Source: Albugo candida (Eukaryota). From it: DNA of 64,000 nt. A model generated the notes under the pieces. The model searched no databases. It saw only the letters and a program-made list of their open reading frames with translations, and was not told where the DNA came from. Shown here piece by piece: positions 12,181 to 26,030 of the stretch. A program made the position numbers and the translations under genes. Position 1 is the first letter of the stretch; every line of letters starts with the position of its first letter. The stretch spans positions 434,001-498,000 of the forward strand of contig JBDOQK010000001.1 of NCBI GenBank assembly GCA_040437565.1. The letters run 5' to 3'.

Positions 12181-12674
12181 AACTAGGGAGTAACTCCCTC
12201 CGTAACTGTGCCGTGTGATCGCACTCTAAAAAGAGATGTTAATCGGATTCCACTGCCCCACACGAAGGNNNNNNNNNNNNNNNNNNNNNNNNNNNNNNNN
12301 NNNNNNNNNNNNNNNNNNNNNNNNNNNNNNNNNNNNNNNNNNNNNNNNNNNNNNNNNNNNNNNNNNNNAGTTGAAAAAAGTAGTTTTCCGCGTTGTGTTG
12401 TACTGAATTGGCGGGTTACGCAGTAGCCGGCAAATTGAGTAGCTGTGATGGTACAGTGCGGGATACCTATAACCATCAACTCCTTATTTCTTGCGGACAA
12501 ATTTAGAAATTTTCAATTTTATGCAGCCTGCAATTCTAATGTGAAAAGAACCTGTCTGTCAGCCAATCAGGATTGATGAAGCAGAATGGCTACATGAATT
12601 ATCACACATTTCCAGGTTATTTTGTTCCCGCGTTCACCTTCCATTTCTGATTGTACCTCGCCACCGCCACCACA

Positions 12675-14902
12675 ATGGAACCACCCACAAAACTTTCACA
12701 GCAGCTCAAACTGTCCAGAACATCAAAAAAGTTCGAATTGAGGCTGTCAGAGCGATATGCGAGCCCAACAATTCTATGAGAGAACTTGCCCAGCCTCCTT
12801 GAGCCAAACTTTTGGCCTACTGAAATGGAGGTGGACGAACATTTGGAGCTTGAGGTCGAAGAGGCTGAGAGTTTCACTTATAATGAAGCACAATTTGCAG
12901 CACTTGAAATGCACTCTATTCGAGACGTCCGTATCGGTGGATTGGGAACTCGAGCCGTACTCGACGACGAAAACGTGCAGAAAACCGCAATGCTGCACTT
13001 GGTTCTCGCCGGCACGAGACAAACTTTTAAGTTATGAATCAAGATGCACAAAAATAAACAGACAATTGAAAACTAAAGCAGGCAAACTGATGACGAGGAT
13101 GAGAATGATAACGAAATTGATGACAAGGGCGAGGTATACCTTGTCGCTTCAATGCTGAAACTTTACCAGCAGGCCAAACGGACAACTAACAAAGCTCAAC
13201 GTGCACGACTGGCTGCTATCGCGTCTTACTTCAGTCTTCTTTAAATGGACTATCCTGTGAGTTGAGGCTGTAATTTTTAAGCAAGTGTATTCTTTGTATT
13301 AACATATCATAATTTTGACGATGCTCCATCTGTTTAGAAGTTTCATTTCTTTAGTTTGTTTAGAAGCTTCGAGTGGATGGTGTCTCGCCTGAAGGAGATT
13401 GGGCTCTGGAAGCGAATCCTCAGAAGTCATTTCCCAGGCAGTCGGGAACGGATCATGGTTTTGTCGGTTGTTTCGCACTTGGGGAACTAGGTATCTCGCC
13501 ACGGTTGTTCTTCCAACCAGCAACCAAGGCCAACATATCAAGTCACGAAGCCTTTTGATGGATGAAGATGTTCTTGTCAGAGTGCGATTGCAGACTTCAC
13601 CAGAAAAAAAAGCGCAAAATTGGTCCCGCTGAAGTCACCGAGCATGTCAATCATCACACTCTTACCAATACAGGAAGCACCAAAGTGATCTCTGTTAAGA
13701 CCGCAATCCGATGGATGCAGAGATTGGGACTACAGCATTCTGCTTTTCGCAAAGGAATGTTCGTCGATGGTCATGCACCTCGACGTTCTTATATATCTTA
13801 CTATCTTCATGAAAGGCATGGTGGATCTTGAAGTGCAGATGCCAATATTCTCAAGGAGGGATATGGAGATTAAACCTGGTCAGTGGGAGCGCCGATCATT
13901 CTTGTGACACACGATGAAAGCACTTTCGCTGCACACGATGGTTGGAAGAATCTATGGCTACAGGATGGGTAGCAACCACTTTGAAAAAAAGGAGCAGGAA
14001 GATCAATCCATGTCAGCGAATTCTTGTCAGATGTTGGGGGTCGCCTATCACTGAGTGATTTGAATAATTTCTAGCATCCCAGGATCCCAAAAAAGCGTGT
14101 GTTATTATGCACCTGGCAAGAATTATGATGGATGGTGAACTTGTGAAGATCTTTTCAAGGAAGTGAGGGATCGTGCAATTCCAATCTTTGAGGTACAGTA
14201 CCCCACATACAAAGCCCTTTTGCATTTGACAATGCTACAAGTCATGCTGCATTATCTACTGCTGCCCTTGTCCGGAAAAAAATGAATTTGTGTCAGGTGG
14301 ATAACAACCAAAGATGCGCAAGGGGAGAACGGAAGATGGCACAGTCCAGACAATGTGGTTTCCTGACACTCATCATGATGATACTTTCGAGATGATAGAG
14401 CTATTGGGTTCCATTTGAGTCATGTTTCTAACCCTTATATCACTTTCAGGTTTGCCACACGGATTGAAAATGGTTTTAACTGAGAGGGGCCTGTGAAAAG
14501 ATGGAATTTGCCTCCGGTGCAAAGACAAGTGCCCTGGATCAATAATGTGTTGTGCAAGAGATACGATTGACCACGGACATGACTAAATGGATCAGAAAGG
14601 CATGTTGGAAGAACTAATCGTTGCTGCTGGACACATGATATTATTTTATGCACATTTTCACTTTGAGATAAACTTCATTGAGAATTTCTGGGGTGCTGCA
14701 AAGGTCTATGCTAGCAAAAACGGTGACTACAGCTGGAAAGGCCTGGTTAGCACAGTTGCTAAGGCTCTGGAATCTGCCTCCGTCACATCCATTCGACGCC
14801 ATGCATGCACAGAAATGTTTTCGATACATGGATGTATATCGGAAGGATTCGACAAGGAACGCTGCTGGATACACTGTTAAGAAATAACGATCCCACCGTT
14901 GA
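12675..14902 (+). pseudogene. IS630/Tc1/mariner-superfamily transposase with a long D-to-E spacer, decayed, with a probable intron
   Basis: TAIRWMQRLG, KGMFVDGH, ILVTHDESTF, KKGAGRSIHVSEFL, LFAFDNATSHA, VLTERGL, FHFEINFIENFWGAAK, RYMDVY, KK*RSHR. Confidence 0.85.
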
Positions 14903-15392
14903 AGTCTCAACTCTATCATGATGGACATCAACGTCAATGGTGTAACTAATGGACGAACTGTACTGTACATATGATCTTTGATTGTATTTGTAGATAAATA
15001 GCAACGAGGGTCGACTGTTTTTACAGGAGGTAAGTGATTATAGGCGTGGGCCATTTGATTGGCTACAATCGAAGACTGGATGTCCTCTGATTGATTATCG
15101 TACTTTTGAAGCTCTTTTTGGCTGGCCAAAATTTTGCTGACCAAGCCAAATTTCATGAAATTTCTCGTTTTAGAGATCCCATTTTCGCCAGAAATTAACC
15201 GAACATTATCTGAGTCTGTAATCTTCAAGCTTTTTATCTCAAGTACCTTGTGACAGAGCCAGATTTTGATCAAGATAAATCCTACTAGCTGTGATACAGC
15301 CGGAACGAACCTCTTAAATGGTTAGATGTATATATAGGTCTACTTTACTCAGCCACAAGCTTTCTCAAAGTAGAAGAAAGGACCCTGAATCG

Positions 15393-16673
15393 TTATTCGC
15401 GATGATTGGCAACGTCAGTCATGTATTTGAGCTTCCAATTGTTTTGGTAGATCGAAAGTCCTCCCCATCCCAAAGCCCAATGATCTCGTAAACCAATTTT
15501 CCTGACAGTTGTTGTAGTCAATTGTCGTTGCGTTAGTAAATCCAACTCAGCTACCATAAATGCTACAACTGAACAGCACTTTTCAATAAGTACCAACGAC
15601 ATTGATTCAGCTTACTTTGTCTTCTAGCCTCAGTTATGTGTACCATTGAGGGTACTCCAGATCAAGTGACTCCTGATGTAAGAGAGAGGCGTCATACAGG
15701 TTGCGTATCTATCTTGATCATGTATACATGATTTATCGTAATTATCAGATTCACAATAACCAATATGATTGGTCGGTAACTGCCGTACGTGTGTAGCAAG
15801 TTGATTGACGAGTGAGTTTGTGGTCAATGAAACCAACGAATTTTCACTGATATCTGAGTACAATTTGTAAACACAATCCACGCTTATTCGGATCAAATTG
15901 ATAGATCTCAGCTGGTAGGCTACCCATATCTGGAGATGAAGTATCCGGCACGTGCTTGCTCACTTTGTGCTTGCCAAATTATAATATAGTCCCGCTCTTC
16001 TGGTCCGAATGATCCGAAGTTTTGTTGAAGATCCTCAATGACGTAAGGAATGAGCGAGACCTTATATTCATTATTTCGGGCATGCCACCGACCAAGCCCT
16101 CAGAGGCTTGAAGACTTGATCTTGTACAATTTCGTTACTAGTTGGTGCTTTGTGTGCGCTACTTATCTTTTGAAGCTTCACTTACACCTGAGTAGAATAA
16201 ACGATAAGTCTAGATTATCTAGCGATGTTGTCCATAATTGCTCGAACGTGTTTTGGATTTATCTTTGATGTCCTACATGTTGCCAGCCTTTCATGTCGCT
16301 CAGAATGATCGGCACCAAGATCCGCATAATTCGGTAAAGGTTTTCTAGCTGAAAATATGTAGCAGACACATTGCTTTTCCCCTTACCCTCTTTTTGGCGA
16401 TCTTCAAGGATCTGAGAGCTGACGTTATGAGCCAAATTATCTACCGGCTGCCGTGGTCGAGAAAATGCAAATCCTCTATGAGATTAAATAGCTTTATCAA
16501 CATGAAAATGTAATCTAGGCGATGATTTGCGTGGTAACTTTTTTTTTAACGTTTCTAGTTGAATATTGGCGACAAGTGTCCACCACACGCAGCTGCAAAA
16601 GGCGTTGAAGACATGCTAATGAAAACTCAGCGATCCAAATAGATACCCAAATATGCTACAAGGGTTAAAGCAT
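15393..16673 (-). pseudogene. Heavily decayed putative secreted-protein gene
   Basis: ATG 16673 reads ML*PL*HIWVSIWIAEFSLA-CLQ; Cys-containing ORF pieces at 15630-15896 and 15393-15602. Confidence 0.4.
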
Positions 16674-17235
16674 CCCTTCATATGATACACAGTTTCAGCG
16701 GAGTGATTGGTCAGAGTTGTTCAAAACGTAATTCAAGCAGCGTTAGCTATATACATAAGGTTGAAGAGCACTACTCACTGAGTTGATCATTGAGCTATTT
16801 TTATGTAAGATTAGCAGCAAATCACTTCCATAGTACTCTAAGATTCTGAAATTATCATCCAGATATCAGATTGATTGAAAGAATATTTTCCACGAAGTTA
16901 TTTTTTTTGCGGTCAAGCCAATNNNNNNNNNNNNNNNNNNNNNNNNNNNNNNNNNNNNNNNNNNNNNNNNNNNNNNNNNNNNNNNNNNNNNNNNNNNNNN
17001 NNNNNNNNNNNNNNNNNNNNNNATTTCAGAATCTTAGAGTACTATGGAAGTGATTTGCTGCTAATCTTACATAAAAATAGCTCAATGATCAACTCAGTGA
17101 GCTATTTTTATGTAAGATTAGCAGCAAATCACTTCCATAGTACTCTAAGATTCTGAAATTATCATCCAGATATCAGATTGATTGAAAGAATATTTTCCAC
17201 GAAGTTATTTTTTTTGCGGTCAAGCCAATTAAATA

Positions 17236-18123
17236 GGGAATTGCTATTTCCACCCAACTTTTTGCTATTTCCACCCACATCGTGACTTTTGACCAATCAA
17301 ATTACGGCTTTATTTCCAATCAACTTTTTACTCTATGGCTACTGTTTCACAGTCCTACATGCCGATCGAAGGTATCAGAACTCATAGTTGCACACCTTTC
17401 TAGAATCCCAAATCTAGATCAGATAACTTATCATGCTTTTCGTTGTACCGCGTCATTCGCAAACAGTAAAGTACGCATTTACGGATCGCCATCATATGTC
17501 GTCCATCTACTACATCCTGCGAGAAAGTCTTTCGAAGTTAAAAGTACGTTCAGTCTGGTCTGAGAATTGAACTGATAACGACAGCGTTCTTATGCCGTAC
17601 TTCTTGTAACACGAGAGAAACTTAAAGTAACTTGTAAGTACATTTGTAACTTTTTTATGCCGGTTTTCAAGCGAACATACGCCCTGCGGCTGTACTGTTA
17701 TGGGACGGGCTATCCTTTCCAGATGTTGCACGTAGCTGCTTTCAGTGGACTTGTCATCTTTATACCGTTATACCGCTTGTATGCATCGCCCGAATTCCGA
17801 ATTGCCCTGTAGTGCAATCGAGTGCACGTTTGCGAAATCTCTAGCAGAATTCTTAGGACTGAAAAAAGGTACTCTACATTATCTCTTACGGATGCGACTC
17901 GGATAGGGGATTTTCAATACACCTGGTGCCAGGCCTTTCATGGCAGATAATATGCATCCAGGGTGGGTCTACCAATCAAAACTTTTGAGTGAAGTGCCCC
18001 TATCATAAAAAGGTGGGTGGAAATAGTAAAAAACTTGGGTGGAAATAACGCCGTAATCCGATTAGTGAAAAAGTCACGCGGTGGGTAGAATTAGCAAAAA
18101 GCTGGGTGGAAATAACAATCCTC
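17236..18123. mobile_element. Non-autonomous MULE, TIR family A, copy 2 (inverted relative to 2651-3571)
   Basis: TIRs; flanks attaaata/atgaaata = 8-bp TSD with 1 mismatch; interior highly similar to copy 1. Confidence 0.9.
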
Positions 18124-18215
18124 ATGAAATATATGTAACTTGTTTAATGATTTGTTTCGTCACAGAAAAACAATGAATTACACACTCGACCCAATGTATT
18201 TGATTAATTCTGATC

Positions 18216-18730
18216 ATGCTTTGATTGAACAAGAGACTTTGTCTCATTGCGCTATTTCTTATATTATTTGGACTATACAATGCAAAAATGACTTCTTGTG
18301 CACGTAGCTCACATAGGTTGCAATATGACACATCGGCAATACCCGGGCAGAATCCTTGCTGTGCTTTGCTAAAAGATCATCATAGCGAAATTCTAAATAA
18401 TGCACAAGCATACCTGAGCGACGCTCTCACGCAAACCGGGCGGATGGAATTTCGTCAAACATTCCCCCACTAGTGTTCTGCCCATACTGCTATGCCCGAG
18501 AGACCATTTAGAATGTCATGATTTCTTGTTCCTCGACATTTTATGGAAAGGAAAATGACGATAAAAAATTGAGAAAACATCTGAGTCAGTTTCCTACATC
18601 CGCTCTAGAGAGTAGAAACAGACTCGTGTACCGCAGCCTTACAAACCGAGAATTTCTCCTTGGATGCCGTCACGGAACTAGATAACGACATAAACATCGA
18701 TGCATATGCAAGACTCATGTAATGCTCGTG
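18216..18730 (+). pseudogene. Decayed secreted Cys-containing protein gene
   Basis: ML*LNKRLCLIALFLILFGLYNA is a clear signal-peptide pattern with a stop at codon 3; then SCARS..NPCCALL; more stops downstream. Confidence 0.6.
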
Positions 18731-18895
18731 ATGACACATCAAAAAGCTTTTATTGCATGTTTAGTCCTTAAACTCGTACCTTGATTCTTTACGAAAACTC
18801 TCGATTTTGGGGTGGGTCCTATTCCCTTCATTATCTTTCTTCATACCGAAGTATTCATCAACATTTTGGGCTGTTATTTGCCAAAAAGGCTGATT

Positions 18896-19830
18896 ATGGG
18901 GAAATTTTTTTCGTCGGTACATCGTTCTCTCGATAGCTTCCAGCTATTTCTCAATACAATTTTCTAGCGCGGACTACTCAAGCGTCTTGCGTGCCAAACT
19001 ACATTAGTGATCGCAATGAAATTTATTGAAGTCGTAGTTTCTCTGGATCCACTGTGAGACGATTGTGGCAGGTTGGTATTATCTTCGATGTTACCATCCA
19101 TACTTACCTTTGAGTCAGTGAAATGAAAGAGATGTTATGATCAAGTGTGAGACACATGAAGCAATACCGCAAACCGGTGCATTTTATCCTGTCTTCTATG
19201 TTTCATGGTTAACAGTTGACCACAACGATCTTTATAACATGGAGTAAATCTAAGTTGTTGATTTAGAATTACTTAGATCTTCATATGATACTAAACGGTT
19301 TGATTGGAATTGGCACATGATGTAAAGCATAAGATGTAATTGTGCACACCCCGAATGTTGCTTGTGGCCTACTTCTTGGACCACCCACATCTTTTTAGTG
19401 TGAAGATAACGATATCAGGAATGTGACTGCTGTGGCGCTCACCTTGGATCCTTATGGAAGTATTCGAGATAATTAGACCAACGATCAAGTAAATGTCTTA
19501 CTTCGTTTTCTTACGGGTTCATTTCACCGCTTCCCTCTGGTGCTGATGATTTTTCTATTATCAAATACAAAACGTCATTTACGGGAACAAAGTAATCCAT
19601 CTTTACGACTGCCGATGTGCAGTGGTCGCTACTTTTTATTTTAGCACATTTATTCGGGTGGGTATGTCCTAGCTGGGGATCGTATGATGCATTGAATAGG
19701 TGGATAATGCATTTTTCCTTGTTCAAGTATATTAATGTAGGTTGCATCATATGTATCATCATATGCATGTAATGTCCACCAAAGCGACTTACGTATAGAT
19801 ACTCTTTCCGTTGGCAAGCAGCTATAACGA
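18896..19830 (+). pseudogene. Decayed secreted Cys-rich protein gene
   Basis: MGKF(frameshift in T-run)RRYIVLSIASSYFSIQFSSA-DY; later RCILSCLLCF, CAHPECCLW, ECDCCG; many stops. Confidence 0.45.
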
Positions 19831-19849
19831 TTCAAAATATATGAAAGCT

Positions 19850-22800
19850 TCTTCTCAGTATCCGCTTGCTGTACCGAATTTCTAGAAAAAAACCTGGAAA
19901 GTCTTTCAAATTATCTTCAATCGTCCCCTGCAATTATGAAATCATGTCGAAATCACATTGCTCAAATCTTGCTGAAGTTATTTTGAATTTGAACAGCTCG
20001 CAAGATATCTTTGACAGTACAATTGTTGGTACTTGACGTATATCCCTAATGCCACTCTTTTAAATGTGCCAGCTTGATGCATGTATCACATAATAAAAGA
20101 AACTTTCACGTGCACGGTGGACGAAGTACTTCTTTATCGGTCGCTCTTCTCTTGAATGCTTCACAAAGAGGTGGAGCAGATTAGCCATGTCTGAAATGGC
20201 ACACTAGTTGAGGGTTCTCCTTTATTTCCTTGAGATATATCAAATAACGTAGATGTTGCTGCTCGGAGAACCAGTCTGTTGCTCTCGAGGTATACGGACT
20301 AAAACAAGACTGTTGCCGCCAAAGCTATTGTGATGTTTCAGTGATATGCTCTAATTTCAAGTGTCTGGTGAGTTTCATTGAAGCCTTCCCTAATCATTCA
20401 TCTTGTAGTTATACATGACGGTTGATGGCAGAGCATAGTAGTGATGCAAGTGAAGAAGCTTCTTGTGAGAGATTTTTTCGATACCACCAAAGCCGAGTTG
20501 AGTACCTTTTTATGACATAAGATTCTTTTTTGAAGAATCCATCTCTTTGATGTGACTTCGCCTGCATCTACCATTAAGCAAGCATGACCGGCACTCAACA
20601 GTGAGATAGACCGACGCTGACATGTAATAAGTCTAATTTATCAGTACAGATCAATAAATGTCGAAGGAGTAAGAAAATCCGAAAGAAACATATAAGTTCC
20701 ACGTGAAATTGTTTTATTTCGAATATTGCTGGCCACCAAATCTTATTGAGAGGGTCGGCACTTCGTGCGTGCTCGTGCACCTTTTTGTTCAAATGCCCTG
20801 GCCAATCAGCAGACATATTTTTGTGCTCTGTCCAGCAATACGTACCCCGGACAAGTAAAATACTATTTGGAAGTGAGCAGTGCCACCATTCCTTCGATAT
20901 TTACGTCCTGAAAGCACATATATGGTGTAAATTGTTGAAAGACGGAGTACTTTCGCTGAGTTCGAGACACTGCGAGAATCCAATCTAGCATCATAATAAC
21001 GGCGTGGATGGTACGTCAGTGATAGAAACGGTACATACCAGTTTAGTTCACGATAAGAGAAAGTTCTAGCAGCTAAATAAGACTCATACGGACTTCACCT
21101 TTTGCCACCAATAAAGTAGATTATTCTTCCTCTCGGTAAAACGACAGCTTATGAGCCCAAGCCCTATGGCCAAGCTGCTCTGAATCAATCCCAAGCGCCG
21201 AGCATTTCCTAAGAGGACGATAACGGAGCCACTACAAGGCCCGGAACGAGAGAGGCTGGTACCAGGCTGCGAGAATTGATGACGGGGAATATCGGACCTG
21301 AACTTGGCAGGCTAGAATCACGACAGGTTGAGGGTGACCAAGCTTCGGTCGTGTCTGTGGTTAGCGGCACCTTTCGCACTTATGTGGAGGCGCGCACTGA
21401 ACTCGGTAGTATCATGACGCCGGCGTATCTTGAAGATGAAGTCACGTTATGTGTAGCGCAATAGCATGAACCAGGGCGTATACAGCAAAGGGCAGCTAGA
21501 GAAAGAGTGTTACTAGGAATACGCGAAAAGACGCCAAAAGAAGCCGCTTACAAACAGGCACAAGCGCCGGCGTACTTTGCGGCGCCAAAGGTACAGCGAA
21601 TGAGGTATTTAAATTGTCAATTGAGAGCTTTGAAGGCAAGGAGGTTTACTCTGTCCTTGGTGCTGGGTTCGGTCCTTCGTAGAAGAGCTTCTTCGCCAGG
21701 TTAGAGTCGCGAAAAAACTCAGTGAGTGCTTATGACATGAAGACATTGATCGGTACATTCATAGAAGTACTTGACCGGAAAAGCTGATTAACAATTTCAC
21801 AGCAAGGTGGATACCTGGAACGTTGACAACTCACAAGTATGGTAACCAATGGGCCGGATTGATATGAAGTCCAGCCCGAGATTTCAAAATCCCAGGCATT
21901 CAAGCTCTTTACGTCGAAGAAGAACGATTCCGTTGCATGGGTTGATCCCATAATGCTTATGATGGCTGTGAGTGATGCTGTTGGTTGTGGTGCACTAGAT
22001 CAGTTATTCGAGAATATCGCTAAGTATGCCTTCTCGTCAAGTTCGTTCCAAGGAGTTCTCCAGCACGTTTAAATCCGTAGCGAGATGATTCTTTGAGAGA
22101 GGGATCCTACACCTAGCAATGGATGCAAGAGAGCGGTAGCCCTTGTCGAGAATAAGGAAAATGGTGATCGTAGACACAAAACATGGCGCAAGAGCAGGAA
22201 CCCAGGTATTTGCTTCCAAATTGGGAAGGAAGGTCACTACAAGCGCGATGGCACAAGAAAGGGGCAGAGGAATTTAACGGGGTCCGTCATAGATGGTATG
22301 GACTCCACATCCTATTGATTCTCCACAGTAGGTCGAGTCGTCACTTGGTGACAACGGCAAGACAGCCTCATAAAGACGAAGAGTACGATGAAGAACGTAT
22401 GCCCCCGAACGGAGATAGCATATGAATGGAAATAAAGGGAAACGCTAAGTTCATGGCTAGCGGTGACGGTGAACTTCGCCAAGTCAAGCTACGTGAAGTA
22501 TATCGCAAAAAACCTCCCGTGGAATATCATTTCGTATGTAAAGATTGAGGAGATGGGGTACGAGCTATTCTACGGCGGCTATAAATTCTAATTGTCCGTC
22601 GCAGTGGTGGATGCAAACCTTTTCGTGTGGATAAGGGTATGAACAATTTATTTTTGGTGAAAGTTATCGATACTGACGTGGAGCAAGAGAATGACTGCGT
22701 TGACACGGCGCTCGATCAAGAAATGAGTTTGCCGAACCCAGATATACAATCAGGCAGTCTGCTGGATTTTTATTTACGCTTCGCTCACCTTTCGCATGGC

Positions 22801-25800
22801 ACATTTGAGCGCATGGCAGGTGAAACTGTTAAAAGAATCGGTCTAACGAACAGGAAAAGACCGACGTGTGTTGCATGTCCTCATGGTAAACAAAGATGCA
22901 CCACAAAGTCACATATGGACACGAGATTGAATGCGACCATTGACAGAGTTTGTGATGTCATCTGCAGTGACATCAAGGGTCCAATCACGTCGATCGACAG
23001 ACTTGTAAACCTTTACATGATTAACTTCATCGACCACAAGAGTAACTACTGCCGCGTGTTCTTCCCCAAGACAAGCAGCTGGAGCAGTTTCTCTTCTACT
23101 TCGTCAAGCGATTTGATTGGAAGTTCTGCTGCCTACGCAGAGATGGGGGAGTGAATACACGGTGATCAATTTATTTTGCAGAAATAAGGGTGTTCGTCAA
23201 CAGCTAGCGGAAGCCGATAACCAGGCATCCAACGGAAAGGCGGAGCGCATGAACAAACGATAATGAATATGGTACGCTCCGTGATTTTTGGCTCTAGTTT
23301 GACTCTGAGATTCTGGGACGATCAGGCGGATTAACGCAGCTTATATTCTCAATTGCAGCCCAACTCGAGGAAACATTGGTCGCGTGTCACCAGTTGAGGT
23401 GCTTACAGGCATAAAGCCTTGGCTGACCGATATTGTTATTTTCGGCTCATCGTGTTTATTTATCCGGAAGCCAAAGAACGAAGCACTTGTTGGACGCAGA
23501 GAGCAGGCATCATTATCTGGAATAACGATGAAATCAAAAGTTATCGTGTCNNNNNNNNNNNNNNNNNNNNNNNNNNNNNNNNNNNNNNNNNNNNNNNNNN
23601 NNNNNNNNNNNNNNNNNNNNNNNNNNNNNNNNNNNNNNNNNNNNNNNNNNGTCTTAAAGACCCATTTCTTGGGTCTTTAAGACGAAAACAAATGCAAATG
23701 GCGATGTGGTACGCTACAATACACGCATTATAGCGTGCGCTGATGCACAGTAATATGGAGATAATCACACGATGACTTCTGTCGCTGTCATGGACATGAC
23801 CACATGAAAAGAAATTTGGCATTATCGGAGATTCTGGGCGTGCCAGCGAGACATGGAGATGTGCCAAAGGCATATTCGAAGTTGTCTACGGAGCCGGATA
23901 TCGAAATACTTTGATATGTACACAGGGTATGATTGTGGAAAAGGAAGAGTTAAAGACTTTGTGTACAGAAAGTTGGAGAAGTGGTTCTACAGCTTCAACG
24001 CAGTCTCTATGTCCTAAAGTAGGTAGGATGTGTGTACAGAATTATTGCAATCGGGATTTTGTGGAATGTGTCACGGACATAGTTATCTACTACAAAGCTA
24101 ACGGTGCAGATCAAACTGTCATGGGAGTGTATGTCGATGTTTTGATAGTGGCGGGAACCTCGTAGGAGCGAGTTGACGAAGTAGTCAAGCTTTTAGCAAT
24201 GTTGTATAGAAAAGATCTTGTAGTTGCGAACAAGCTTCTGGGAATGAGAATTTCTCATTCGTTTCATGGTGAATCTAAACTTGACCAAGAAGCGTCTTTC
24301 GACGCGATGCTATCGAAGTTTGGCTCAAAGAAGCACATTTTGTGATTACCCCAATCGCACTTGATTATGACAACGGTGTGCGCGAGGTAGACCCACTGGT
24401 TTCTAGTGAGAGTTCTGATGGATCTTGCATCGGTGCGGAATTCCCAGTTCTTTTTAGGTTCACTACTATGGCTATCACGTCCTAGGCACCCGGACATATC
24501 TTTTTTATGCACCTAGCAAGTCGTCGATCACATACACCCACTAAAAGTGACTGGCAGCTGGTTAGGCGAATTGAATAGTACCGAAAGGGAACCAAGGACG
24601 TCAAGCTTCGGCTTAAGCAAAAGGAAACTGCAGAAATGGCTACGGGAGAGCCTACAAGCAACAGTGACGCTAATTTATGCTGGTGGTTAAGTCGAACGCA
24701 AATCTACCAGCGGTGGGATATATTGCATCAATGGCATGATTGTGGGATGGACCTGCCGAAGGCAGACAGCCATAGCACTATCCACAATGGAAGAAGAGTT
24801 CTCCTCGGATTCACACGCAGGAAAAGAATTATTGGGTCATGTGATCTACTTACAGAATAAAAATTTAAGGTTGTATTGCCGATGACTATGGGGATGGATA
24901 ATGAAGTGGTAATTCGTCAATCGGGAAATGAAGAAAGCTCGAGGCTTGCAAAGCACATTGACATCAAGCTGAACTTCATTATGGATTATGCTCAGAAAGG
25001 TGTCGTTCAAGCTGTCTACATCCCGACCAAAGCGATAACGGCTGACCTGCTAAAAGAAGCTTTTAGCGCTGCCCAGTTACTAGACTTGATTTAAATATGC
25101 TCACTTAGTCAAGAAATGTAACGTGCAAGCGACAGGTACACGCGACGCCATGAGTGGGAGTGTTGAAAAGAGATGGATTTTCGGTGAGCTCGAGACACAG
25201 CGGGAATCTGATCTAGCGCATAGTCACGGCGTGTATGGTACGTCAGGGATAGAAACGGTAGATACCAGGTTAGGCCACGAGAAGAGAAAATTCTAGCAGT
25301 TGAATTAGACTAATATACGGACAATCAAGTAGCTTATCCTTCTGCTCGGTAAAACTACAAAATTTTACTACAGCATTGTGCACAGAATCAAAGCATGAAA
25401 ATATAATGGGTGTGACTATTGCCACAGAAACCACATCTCTGATTGGCTAATTTGCGTAAAGTCAAATAATCCATCGATAGGGTGACTATATTACTGCGTC
25501 CAAGATACATTATGAAATTTCTTGTCCATTTTTCTCTTGCACTTCTTAGATTCCGAGCGATGCCTGCTTCACGACAAGCTCTACATAAACGGTATATGAG
25601 CTTTTTCCTCGGGTTCCACAGTTCCAACTCAAATAAGTTGCGTCGCGTCGATCCATGTTGTTGGCGCGGCCCTCCTTTCGTGCGATTGCAAACGTTTTGG
25701 ACTTGTTGTGAAAGTTTCTGCGTCGAGTAGGGTAGCCTGCTGATGTTCCAACGTACTCTCACCTTAACCATAATGGGTTCGAAGGACTCGGTCAAGTATG

Positions 25801-26030
25801 TGGGTTTTCCGTTTGGCCAGACTCCAACTCATTTGATGGTTTAATAAATTGTTGACTAGCGGTTTTATGATGGGTCTGGTGTATGGTTTCGATTTTCAAG
25901 AACTGCTCGTTGTCGACTACTGGTTTTTCAGACGATGTTTTGATCACGTATGTGGGTGGAATTGCACAAATCTCGTGGCGGTACCAGCATAGACTATACC
26001 ATAATGGCAGCGTATGATAAATTGACTTGT
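19850..26030 (-). pseudogene. Decayed gene of family A, split by the Copia at 20933-25359
   Basis: N-terminal part homologous to ~48030-48345 (TYV.K..S..PVVD....ET.HQT); frame reads through the empty site as SVHNAVVKF|TPYMCFQDV. Confidence 0.55.
20933..25359 (+). mobile_element. Ty1/Copia LTR retrotransposon, decayed; LTRs 20933-21146 and 25161-25359
   Basis: TGTTGAAA...CA LTR pair; PBS gcttatgagcccaa; PPT gagtgggag; flanks aaat(t); integrase ICSDIKGP..YMINFIDHKSNYCRVF; RT GVYVDVL; RNase H AKHIDIKLNFI. Confidence 0.95.

Noticed and set aside
14641-15273. 210-aa ORF, the longest in the track
   Set aside because: Antisense to the transposase 3' end and subterminal region, non-ATG start, no recognisable motifs.
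17023-17160. Perfect ~62-bp-arm hairpin
   Set aside because: Starts at a gap edge and is built from an exact inverted plus direct copy of 16774-16922; most likely a fold-back read or assembly artefact.
18505-18530. LECHDFL, one substitution from an Albugo CHxC motif
   Set aside because: Needs an assumed mutation and a frameshift, and lies far from the signal peptide; unsupported.
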